Source of the DNA: Candidatus Saccharimonadota bacterium
Lineage (GTDB): Bacteria > Patescibacteriota > Saccharimonadia > Saccharimonadales > Saccharimonadaceae
Direction: 5' to 3'
Assembly: GCA_026395405.1 (NCBI GenBank)
Contig: JAPLYU010000001.1
Coordinates: 250,865 to 314,864, forward strand
Length of the DNA: 64,000 bases
A model generated the notes under the pieces. It was given only the letters and a program-made list of their open reading frames with translations. It was not told the DNA's origin and did not search any database. The translations under genes were made by a program, and so were the position numbers. Numbering within the stretch: position 1 is the stretch's first letter; each line of letters starts with the position of its first letter. This document shows, piece by piece, positions 55,038 to 62,560 of this stretch.

Positions 55038-56831
55038 ATGCCAGATAAATTAGATTTGTGGGATAAGTTACCAAAACCCAGTTTTGATAAAAAGAAGCTT
55101 ACCAGACGTATGCGAAAAGCCGAGGGCGCAACTATTAAGCATGCCAACAGATTTGTTTTCAAGCGCTGGGAGAACATTCACGAAGTCCAAAGGCACGTTA
55201 TAATCTGGGTCTTGGCAATGGGTGTTTTGATTGCTGCAACTGGCCTGCAATTAATGTGGAACCAACAAAGTTACCAAACGAAAACCTCAGCTGAAAATGG
55301 CATATACGCCGAAGCTGCCCTTGGTCCCGTCGAGACTTTGAACCCTCTGTTTGCCAACTCAAGCGCCGAGAAATCGGCGAGTGACTTGATGTTTTCACGC
55401 CTGTTAAACTATGACCGTACCGGACATCTGAATTACGACCTTGCGACTAATGTTAGGATAAACAACACCAACACTGTCTATACAATTAACATCAGACCAG
55501 ACGTAAAATGGCATGACGGAGTCAAACTAACCGCCAAAGATGTTGCTTTTACGGTTGGTTTAATGAAAGATCCTAATACTCGTACGGTTTTTTCAGGCTG
55601 GTCAGACATAGGCGTAAAAGCTATCGACAACACAACTATTGAGTTCACTTTAAAATCAGCTTTTGCTCCATTTCTACATGCACTAGTCTTCCCAATTATT
55701 CCCGAGCACGCCCTAAAAGGGGTGACGCCTCTAAATCTAAGAGAAAACAGCTTCAGCCAAAACCCAATAGGGAGTGGACCATTTAAATTCAATCTGATTC
55801 AATCAACCGATGCGACATCGGGACGAAAAGTGATTTACTTGACAAGAAACGATAATTACTACGGTGGAACGGCAAAGTTATCGAGGTTTCAGCTCCACAC
55901 CTATAACACGGACTCGGAAATCTTGAGTGCTCTTTCAAAAAATGAAGTAAACGCAGCAACTGATTTATCAAGTACGGATATAGGAAGCATCAATAAATCC
56001 CATTATGACATTCTGACAAAGCCAATTCAAAATGGAGTATATGCACTATTAAATACCAGGAGTGCTCTGTTAAAAGACGCCCCGATAAGGCGGGCACTTC
56101 AGATGGCAACGGATGCTGCGGCTATTCGGAAAAAATTGCCAACAGCAATCCCGGCACTTTGGTTACCATTTACTAACGGTCAGCTGACTGGTAATATACC
56201 CGGTGCGCCGGTGTTTGACCTTGCATCCGCAAAAAAGTTGCTTGATGATAATGGTTGGAAATTAAACAAAGATAATATTAGGGAAAAAGCCGGCACGAAA
56301 TTGAAACTGTCGGTCGTTACCACCAAAGACAATGAACTGGAAAGCGTTTTACAAACCCTGACAGACCAATGGAAAGAATTAGGGGTTACTACTGAAACAA
56401 AAATCATTAACCTGAATAATGCAACGCAAAGTGATGCCCAAAACATACTTCAACCACGTAACTTCGATGTATTATTATATCAACTTGATATTGGGGCTGA
56501 TCCGGATGAATATGCATATTGGCACTCTTCCCAAGCTTCAACAACCGGTCTAAATTATTCAAATTACTCGAACCAGATAAGTGATGATGCCTTGATTTCG
56601 GGTCGAGCTCGGATTGAGCCAGCGCTTCGCAATGCGAAATATATTACCTTTGCTAACCAATGGCTGTCTGATGTTCCTGCAATAGGCCTATATCAGCCGA
56701 CAACTGAATATGCCGTCAGCAAGGGCGCTCAGACGTTTGATAGTTCTAACAAACTGGTTTCATCTGTTGACCGATATGGCGACATCTTAAACTGGGCAGT
56801 TGGAAGCCGTACCGTTTACAAGACACCTTAA
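55038..56831 (+). CDS. ABC transporter substrate-binding protein, family 5 (oligopeptide/nickel type)
   Basis: N-terminal TM/signal anchor. YTINIRPDVKWHDGVKLTAKDVAFT and GSGPFKF motifs of SBP_bac_5. No cognate permease or ATPase genes are adjacent. Confidence 0.8.
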   Translation: MPDKLDLWDKLPKPSFDKKKLTRRMRKAEGATIKHANRFVFKRWENIHEVQRHVIIWVLAMGVLIAATGLQLMWNQQSYQTKTSAENGIYAEAALGPVETLNPLFANSSAEKSASDLMFSRLLNYDRTGHLNYDLATNVRINNTNTVYTINIRPDVKWHDGVKLTAKDVAFTVGLMKDPNTRTVFSGWSDIGVKAIDNTTIEFTLKSAFAPFLHALVFPIIPEHALKGVTPLNLRENSFSQNPIGSGPFKFNLIQSTDATSGRKVIYLTRNDNYYGGTAKLSRFQLHTYNTDSEILSALSKNEVNAATDLSSTDIGSINKSHYDILTKPIQNGVYALLNTRSALLKDAPIRRALQMATDAAAIRKKLPTAIPALWLPFTNGQLTGNIPGAPVFDLASAKKLLDDNGWKLNKDNIREKAGTKLKLSVVTTKDNELESVLQTLTDQWKELGVTTETKIINLNNATQSDAQNILQPRNFDVLLYQLDIGADPDEYAYWHSSQASTTGLNYSNYSNQISDDALISGRARIEPALRNAKYITFANQWLSDVPAIGLYQPTTEYAVSKGAQTFDSSNKLVSSVDRYGDILNWAVGSRTVYKTP

Positions 56832-56864
56832 CATCGGATATACTTACGCTGTACGAAAACTTAT

Positions 56865-56951
56865 GCGCGCGTGCTGTAATTGGTAGCCAGGCCAGCTTGA
56901 GGTGCTGGTGTCCGCAAGGACGTGGAAGTTCAAGTCTTCTCGCGCGCACCA
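56865..56951 (+). tRNA. tRNA-Leu (anticodon GAG), long variable arm, CCA encoded
   Basis: Acceptor GCGCGCG/CGCGCGC. Anticodon stem ccagc/gctgg with loop ttGAGgt. Variable stem-loop gtccgcaaggacg. T arm ggaag-ttcaagt-cttct. 87 nt in total. Confidence 0.9.
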
Positions 56952-56994
56952 CTTGCAAAACCACATCTGTATCTGTATAATTCTCGAAAGGTAA

Positions 56995-57071
56995 GGGCGC
57001 TTAGCTCAGTTGGCTAGAGCATCTCGTTTACACCGAGAGGGTCGGGGGTTCGAGCCCCTCAGCGCCCACCA
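56995..57071 (+). tRNA. tRNA-Val (anticodon UAC), CCA encoded
   Basis: Acceptor GGGCGCT/AGCGCCC. D loop agctcagttggctagagc. Anticodon loop ttTACac. T arm cgggg-gttcgag-cccct region. Discriminator A plus CCA. Confidence 0.9.
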
Positions 57072-57077
57072 AATAAA

Positions 57078-57106
57078 GAAACCAATCCTTGTGATTGGAT
57101 TTTTTA
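57078..57106 (+). terminator. intrinsic terminator after tRNA-Val
   Basis: ccaatc / gattgg stem (extendable) with loop cttgt, followed by a T6 run. Confidence 0.6.
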
Positions 57107-57127
57107 TTTGGTACGCCCCGAATGGAC

Positions 57128-57296
57128 TCGAAACCCCGACGCCAAAGGTTGGGGGTGAGAACTGCCCAGAATGGCAGTTCGCAAGGCGACTTTCCGATGC
57201 AAACTATGTTTGCAATCGTGAAATCGCGGGGTCGCGGAACGTGACCGAGCCCCCGCCTGTCTGTTCGACGGAACGGGCAGGCCTCAGCGCCCACCA
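57128..57296 (+). repeat. tRNA-linked conserved structured element, copy B, ending in an interrupted duplicate of the tRNA-Val 3' end
   Basis: Same module order as 10132-10304. It ends in cgagcccc, a 28-nt G-U hairpin, and cctcagcgcccacca (57282-57296), which copies tRNA-Val 57057-57071. Confidence 0.6.
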
Positions 57297-57341
57297 AGTA
57301 CGTTATTTATCTGAACGATTTATTAGTGTTAGAATTGTAGT

Positions 57342-57515
57342 ATGGATAAAACATCCGAGGAATCAATCCAGAAGCCAGAGTTGCCGGTTGTGGACCCCGA
57401 AAAAATACAACGACTATTGGCACGGGGCGCAATGATTCAAGAAGAGTTTCAAAAACTGCAACCATCACTAAGAAAATTAGACTTAGATGATACGGGTTTA
57501 ATTTTTCGCGATTAG
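57342..57515 (+). CDS. possible small ORF (57 aa), hypothetical
   Basis: ATG-initiated MDKTSEESIQKPELPVVDPEKIQRLLARGAMIQEEFQKLQPSLRKLDLDDTGLIFRD. It falls below the ORF-track cutoff and has no clear SD. Confidence 0.25.
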   Translation: MDKTSEESIQKPELPVVDPEKIQRLLARGAMIQEEFQKLQPSLRKLDLDDTGLIFRD

Positions 57516-57736
57516 TTTATTAGAAAACTAGCCTCATTGACGAACTACTACAATCATCGTAGAATAACAACTAACTTGTTGAACTGAAACAGCTCCAAGG
57601 TACATTGACAAGCAGACAAATTCACAAGGTGGGGCCTCTGTGCTGAACATTCAACGTGGGGGCCTCATTTTGTGATATCTAATGGAGCGAAAGATATAGG
57701 CCGTATATACCTATTGTCGAACCAGGAGGTAATGTC

Positions 57737-58111
57737 GTGTGTGACATAAGCAAACTTAACTATCTGCGGGAGACCCGAGCACGGAAGCGCCAACCGGGAG
57801 TTTCATACCCAGGGTTGGTTGTCACTGACGATCATCTCATCGCCGCTCTTGAGGCAGTTTTGAAAGAGCGGGAGCTGTGCGGCATCTGCGAGCATTACAG
57901 AAGCGAGCATAGTTACTGCCATCTGGCTGGTGACTTGCCGCGGAGGAATCCGGATGAGGATCCGAACGACTACGGATGGCCGGCATGGGTACAGGACCCC
58001 AATGTTGTTGTGACCGTTCAGCTTCCACAAGCCTTCGTTCGCAACTGCGACCACTGTCACTTTGTGACGTCAGCGTGGGAGCCGTGCCGCTCGCCCGTAT
58101 CTTCGACCTAG
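57737..58111 (+). CDS. hypothetical Cys/His-rich small protein (GC-rich, GTG start)
   Basis: AGGAGG lies 8 nt upstream of the GTG. 124 aa with CGICEHYRSEHSYCH and CDHCH clusters suggesting metal binding. Composition is unlike the host background. Confidence 0.55.
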   Translation: MCDISKLNYLRETRARKRQPGVSYPGLVVTDDHLIAALEAVLKERELCGICEHYRSEHSYCHLAGDLPRRNPDEDPNDYGWPAWVQDPNVVVTVQLPQAFVRNCDHCHFVTSAWEPCRSPVSST

Positions 58112-58187
58112 TCTAGCGCAAAGGTATAGGCAGTCCGGGTTGTATAACCGGCTGCCTTGAGGGTATGTGCCTCTGTCTGCTTGTCAT

Positions 58188-58242
58188 ATCGCTTTCATGA
58201 ATGTGCATTCATGCTGATGAGTCCTAAAGGACGAAAAGCGAT
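58188..58242 (+). ncRNA. type III hammerhead ribozyme motif
   Basis: AUCGCUU-U-[CAUGAAU GUGC AUUCAUG]-CUGAUGA-[GUCC UAAA GGAC]-GAA-AAGCGAU. All invariant core nucleotides are present, with three Watson-Crick stems of 7, 4 and 7 bp. Confidence 0.8.
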
Positions 58243-58277
58243 TATTCTGGATAGACGTATTCATGTAGTCGTGAATT

Positions 58278-58347
58278 CGAGGGGTCGCCAAAGATGACCG
58301 AGCCCCCGCCTGTCTGTTCGACGGAACGGGCAGGCCTCAGCGCCCCC
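58278..58347 (+). repeat. third copy of the GGGGTCGC...tRNA-Val-3'-end module (right boundary of the 1-kb insert)
   Basis: cgaggggtcgccaaaga, then the 51-nt exact repeat including the G-U hairpin, then cctcagcgccccc. Confidence 0.65.
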
Positions 58348-58386
58348 TTAATTCCCCTAATGTTAATCAAATGCTATACTCAATTC

Positions 58387-59598
58387 ATGAAAGTTGCTAT
58401 TAGGAACAGATCATCAGGCTTTACCATCGTCGAACTCCTAGTGGTAATAGTCGTCATCGGTATCCTGGCAGCCATTACCATCGTCTCTTATGCTAATATC
58501 TCTCAAAAAGCCGTCGCCACTTCAATAACATCAGACTTAGACAGCGCCTCTAGACAATTAAAATTGTATCAAATTGACCACGGTACTTATCCAGCATTAC
58601 CACTAACTGTCTCCGGAAATAAATACTGTCCATCTGATGATAATCGGTACTGCTTTAAGGCCAGCCCCGGTAATACTTTTACCTACACTAACGTCGCTCC
58701 ATCAACCTTTAATCTAAGAAACGAAAATAGTAGTATCAGCTACTCAACCACCAATAACTCTCAGCCCACAATCTCTAATGTAACTAATTCCTCAAATACC
58801 TGTCCAACCGGCTTTATCCCGGTTCCTGGCAGCGGTACGTATGACACCAATGACTTTTGCGTCATGAAGTACGAAGCCAGTCAGGTCGGTGTCACAACTA
58901 CGCCAATCAGTCAGTCCGGATCTCTTCCTTGGGTAAATATCTCTCAAACCACAGCCATCACCAATAGCGCCAACGTCGCCGGTTGCACCGGCTGTCATCT
59001 GATAACTGAGGCCGAATGGCTGACTCTTACTCAAAATGTTCTTAGTGTTGCTAGCAACTGGGATGATGGGTCTGGTGGCCATACCGTTGGTGTTGGATAC
59101 ATTTACTCCGGCCACAACGACAACGTCCCCGCCAATGCCCTAACAGCTGATCCGAGTGATGCTAATGGCTACGTCGGTACCGGTAATGTCGCCCCGTCAA
59201 GCCAGAAACGTACTCTAGCCTTATCTAACGGTGAAGTCATTTGGGATTTTGCTGGTAATGTCTATGAATGGACTACTGGTACCATTGGTAGTGGTCAACA
59301 ACCAGGCCTAACTGGCGAAGTAGCCTACGCCTGGAAACAATGGAATAACGGTTCACTACTGCAAAATGGCTTTCCAGCTAGTGCTATGCCGGCTTATACT
59401 GGGATACCTGGTGCCAGTGGCTGGAGTTCGGCTCAAAGTATTGGCCAAATGTATACAAATTATGGTGATGCTTCGGTGCGGGGCTTCTTACGTAGTGGCC
59501 ATTATAACAATCTTGGTAACGCTGGGGTTTTCGCTTTGAATTTGAACTATATCCCCAGTGGCACGAACACGTTTATCGGCTTTCGGGTTTCCCGGTGA
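58387..59598 (+). CDS. type IV pilin-like protein fused to an FGE-sulfatase (SUMF1/DUF323)-like domain
   Basis: Class III signal RSSG/FTIVELLVVIVVIGILAAI. The C-terminus has DFCVMKYEAS, PWVNIS, AEWLTL, DFAGNVYEWT and FIGFRVSR, resembling the FGE-sulfatase fold signature. Start set at the ATG at 58387, because the 31-codon upstream extension lies in the repeat. Confidence 0.75.
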   Translation: MKVAIRNRSSGFTIVELLVVIVVIGILAAITIVSYANISQKAVATSITSDLDSASRQLKLYQIDHGTYPALPLTVSGNKYCPSDDNRYCFKASPGNTFTYTNVAPSTFNLRNENSSISYSTTNNSQPTISNVTNSSNTCPTGFIPVPGSGTYDTNDFCVMKYEASQVGVTTTPISQSGSLPWVNISQTTAITNSANVAGCTGCHLITEAEWLTLTQNVLSVASNWDDGSGGHTVGVGYIYSGHNDNVPANALTADPSDANGYVGTGNVAPSSQKRTLALSNGEVIWDFAGNVYEWTTGTIGSGQQPGLTGEVAYAWKQWNNGSLLQNGFPASAMPAYTGIPGASGWSSAQSIGQMYTNYGDASVRGFLRSGHYNNLGNAGVFALNLNYIPSGTNTFIGFRVSR

Positions 59599-59630
59599 TA
59601 TAACCACATCAACTTAATCTTCTTAAGCTT

Positions 59631-59659
59631 GATAATCTCCAGTTTTCTGCTATAATTCA
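59631..59659 (+). promoter_or_regulatory. putative promoter of typA
   Basis: TTGATA, then a 17-nt spacer, then TATAAT about 30 nt upstream of the ATG. Confidence 0.45.
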
Positions 59660-59691
59660 AGATAAGGAACCCGCCTGGCGGGTATATTTTT

Positions 59692-61515
59692 ATGAAAGAC
59701 CCAAAATTTATTAGAAATGTCGCGATTATTGCCCATGTCGATCATGGCAAGACCACTATTGTTGATGGGCTTTTAAAACAAAGCAATACTTTCCGTTCCA
59801 ATCAGGCCGAGATGGAACAAACCTTGATTATGGACAGTGGCGACCAAGAACATGAGCGTGGCATTACTATTACCGCCAAACAAACCTCGGTTTATTTTGG
59901 TGATTACAAGATAAATATTATCGACACCCCAGGACACGCGGATTTTTCAGGTGAAGTTGAACGAACCCTTAATATGGCAGACGGAGTACTGTTGGTAGTT
60001 GATGCCCAGGAAGGGCCAATGCCACAAACTAAATTCGTATTACAAAAAGCGTTGGAACTTGGACTGCAACCCGTAGTTATTATCAATAAAATCGACAAAG
60101 CCGCACGTCGGATAGACGAGGTTTTGGACGAAACCGCCGACCTATTCCTAGAGCTTGCAGTCGACGACAGCCAACTTTATTATCCGGTTTATTACTGTAT
60201 CAGCCGTGAAGGTAAGGCCTGGAAAGAATTACCAGACAATCCATCTGAACACACCGACATGAGCCCCATTTTCAATGCAATTATTAATGATATACCGTCA
60301 CCAACCGTTGATTCCAAAGGTAATCTTCAACTATTAGTTACTGCACTTCAATATGATTCATTTGTGGGCAAGTATGCAATCGGTCGTGTTAGCCGCGGAG
60401 TTGTTAAAAAAGGTTTGCCAGTTACATTAGTAAAACGCGACGGCAAACAAGTTAGCACGAGGATTGACAAGGTTTTTGGCTATCGCGGTCTGAATCGCGA
60501 AGAAGTCGACAGCGCAATTGCTGGAGACATCGTGGCACTTACTGGTGTAACGGACGCAAACATTGGCGAAACGATTGCCGACAAGGATAATCCCGAAGCC
60601 TTGCCGACTATCGACGTTGAAGCCCCAACAATCAGCATTTATTTAGGGCCCAACACCAGCCCGATGAAAGGCAAGGAGGGTCAGTTTAATACCTCCAGAC
60701 AAATTGGCGCCAGGTTAAAACGTGAATTGGAAACAAATGTTAGTTTGCGTGTAGAAGAAGACGGCATTGGCTTTAAGGTCTGTGGTCGCGGTGAATTACA
60801 TTTGTCGGTTTTAATCGAAACTCTGCGCCGTGAAGGCTATGAATTCGAAGTTGGCCGTCCGCAAGTTGTTGTCACAATTGAAGACGGTGTCAAAAAAGAA
60901 CCAGTCGAAGAACTACTAATTGAAGTCGCGTCCGAATTTATGGGTGTAATTAGCCAAGAACTGGGAGCTAGGCGAGCGAATCTGGTTAAACAGGAACAAA
61001 CCAGCAGTGGTACAACGCGGATGACCTATATTTTGCCAACGAGAGCTTTAATCGGGCTTCGCAATTTGTTACTGACGGATACAAAAGGCACCGTTATTAT
61101 GAATTCATTGCCACATGGTTATCAAAAACTCGGACCAAAACTTCCAAAAATCAGAAACGGCGCAATTATCACGACAGATTCCGGCATAACAACCCCGTAC
61201 GCCCTGGAAATGGGCGAATCCCGTGGCGAATTATTTATAGGACCTGGCGTTAACGTTTATCAAGGCATGATAGTTGGTTTGTATCAGCGCAATGATGATT
61301 TGGAAATGAATGTTTGCAAAGCAAAACACCTGACCAACATGCGCAGCTCATCTAGTGATGGCACGGTCCAATTAACGCCGTTTACTGACCTAAGTTTGGA
61401 ACAATGTATTGACTTCATTGAAGATGACGAACTACTTGAAGTTACCCCAAAAAATCTGCGCCTTCGCAAACGATATCTAGACCCGAACCAGCGTAAACGT
61501 GCAGCAAAAAGCTAA
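59692..61515 (+). CDS. typA: translational GTPase TypA/BipA
   Basis: [24 protein letters not shown] and NKID motifs with an EF-G-like domain order. Confidence 0.9.
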   Translation: MKDPKFIRNVAIIAHVDHGKTTIVDGLLKQSNTFRSNQAEMEQTLIMDSGDQEHERGITITAKQTSVYFGDYKINIIDTPGHADFSGEVERTLNMADGVLLVVDAQEGPMPQTKFVLQKALELGLQPVVIINKIDKAARRIDEVLDETADLFLELAVDDSQLYYPVYYCISREGKAWKELPDNPSEHTDMSPIFNAIINDIPSPTVDSKGNLQLLVTALQYDSFVGKYAIGRVSRGVVKKGLPVTLVKRDGKQVSTRIDKVFGYRGLNREEVDSAIAGDIVALTGVTDANIGETIADKDNPEALPTIDVEAPTISIYLGPNTSPMKGKEGQFNTSRQIGARLKRELETNVSLRVEEDGIGFKVCGRGELHLSVLIETLRREGYEFEVGRPQVVVTIEDGVKKEPVEELLIEVASEFMGVISQELGARRANLVKQEQTSSGTTRMTYILPTRALIGLRNLLLTDTKGTVIMNSLPHGYQKLGPKLPKIRNGAIITTDSGITTPYALEMGESRGELFIGPGVNVYQGMIVGLYQRNDDLEMNVCKAKHLTNMRSSSSDGTVQLTPFTDLSLEQCIDFIEDDELLEVTPKNLRLRKRYLDPNQRKRAAKS

Positions 61516-62459
61516 TTGACCGGATATTTAACGATTGTTTTTAATAAGTCGGACTTATCGATTAAAGCGGCAGCTATCACATCGTCGGCAGCCCCATAGT
61601 ATAAATAATAGTTAGAAATTAGTTCGACAACAGATGTCCCGAAAACGACATTTGGCACAACTCCAGCTTCTTCGTATTTAAAACCGGGCGATAAAAGCGG
61701 GTACGGTAGTCGGTACAATACTTCGGTTGGAGCTTTTAGGTTTAGGATTGCAGCCCCCATTGAATATTTCATATCGTGACTAACGCCATGATAAAAGAAT
61801 AGCCAGCCTATGGGTGTTTTTATTGGTGGAGAACCAGCGCCAATTTTAAGCGACTCCCAGTCGTTCTGTGTTGGTTTTAATACTGTAGAAAATTTTGTCC
61901 ATTTTTTTAAATCAGTCGATGTGCTTAGTTGAATATTTGGTTCTAATCTGTGAAGCATGTAATATAGCCCGTTAATTTTTTCAGAGAATAGTACACCATC
62001 TTTGTCATTTTGTGGTTTTTGTTTTTCAAAACTGGGCGTTACGTGTTCGAATTTGTGAAAATCCGTCGTTTCAAGAATTCGAATCCTTGTTTGAACGGGC
62101 ATTTCTTGTTTGGCATATGCCGTATAGGATATAAGATACCGGCCATCAATATGAACAATTCTTGGATCTTCGATACCGCTATATTCAAGCCCGGTATGAT
62201 CAGGAATAACGCGTGGTTTTTTGTCTTTATTCCAGTCGATACCATCGTCACTTTCGGCATATCCGATTCTGGATATCCCATCTTTACCAAAAGCGCGGTA
62301 TAACATTTTCCATTTGCCGTTTTCGAGAACAACTGCCGGTGCAAATACACCTCCGGCCTCCCAATTAAGTTCCGGATCAGGTTCAATCAGTGGCTTGCCA
62401 TTAATTCTAGTGAAGCATATCTGTTGGTCTTGTTGGTTTGAGGTATCATTTAGTGTCAT
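61512..62459 (-). CDS. glycoside hydrolase family 130-like beta-propeller (phosphorylase/glycosidase)
   Basis: WEAGGVFAPAVV..NGKW.MLYRA, RIGYAESDDGIDW, EDPRIV..DGRYLISYTAY and YYGAADD are characteristic of GH130/DUF377-type five-bladed propellers. Confidence 0.65.
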   Translation of the reverse strand: MTLNDTSNQQDQQICFTRINGKPLIEPDPELNWEAGGVFAPAVVLENGKWKMLYRAFGKDGISRIGYAESDDGIDWNKDKKPRVIPDHTGLEYSGIEDPRIVHIDGRYLISYTAYAKQEMPVQTRIRILETTDFHKFEHVTPSFEKQKPQNDKDGVLFSEKINGLYYMLHRLEPNIQLSTSTDLKKWTKFSTVLKPTQNDWESLKIGAGSPPIKTPIGWLFFYHGVSHDMKYSMGAAILNLKAPTEVLYRLPYPLLSPGFKYEEAGVVPNVVFGTSVVELISNYYLYYGAADDVIAAALIDKSDLLKTIVKYPVN

Positions 62460-62560
62460 CTTGTGCTATTATTATACAATAATGATGTAATAAGTGGGTA
62501 AAAAACTATTACTTCGCTTATACTTGTTTACGACGATAATCATTGAATTGATAGCATACT

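Larger units (their letters stand above)
57293..58345 (+). mobile_element. about 1-kb insert flanked by 51-nt exact (68-nt imperfect) direct repeats of the tRNA-Val-type end; carries a GC-rich ORF and a hammerhead motif
   Basis: 57242-57292 is identical to 58295-58345. The interior has 35/60 G+C at 57841-57900 and a 13-nt perfect inverted repeat (57606-57618 / 58174-58186) bracketing the ORF. No recombinase gene is present. Confidence 0.45.

Noticed and set aside
57225-57296. The idea that the tRNA-like 3' ends with CCA downstream of the tRNAs are tmRNA, a Y-RNA-like tRNA mimic or a split tRNA gene.
   Set aside because: No complementary 5' acceptor strand (gggcgct-type) is present upstream. 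There is no intact T-loop, no tag reading frame or resume codon, and two different tRNA identities are mimicked. DNA-level duplication (att-type scar) explains the pattern better.
56746-57435. ORFs 56746-56964(-), 57010-57435(+) and 57028-57297(-) from the six-frame track.
   Set aside because: They run straight through tRNA-Leu, tRNA-Val, the terminator and the structured repeat. Their sequence is explained by those RNA and repeat features, and they lack start contexts.
58294-58386. N-terminal extension MTEPPPVCSTERAGLSAPLIPLMLIKCYTQF of the pilin-FGE ORF.
   Set aside because: The extension is encoded by the duplicated tRNA-Val-type repeat; the same peptide string appears in the spurious ORF 57010-57435. 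The class III pilin signal requires a short leader, which the ATG at 58387 provides.
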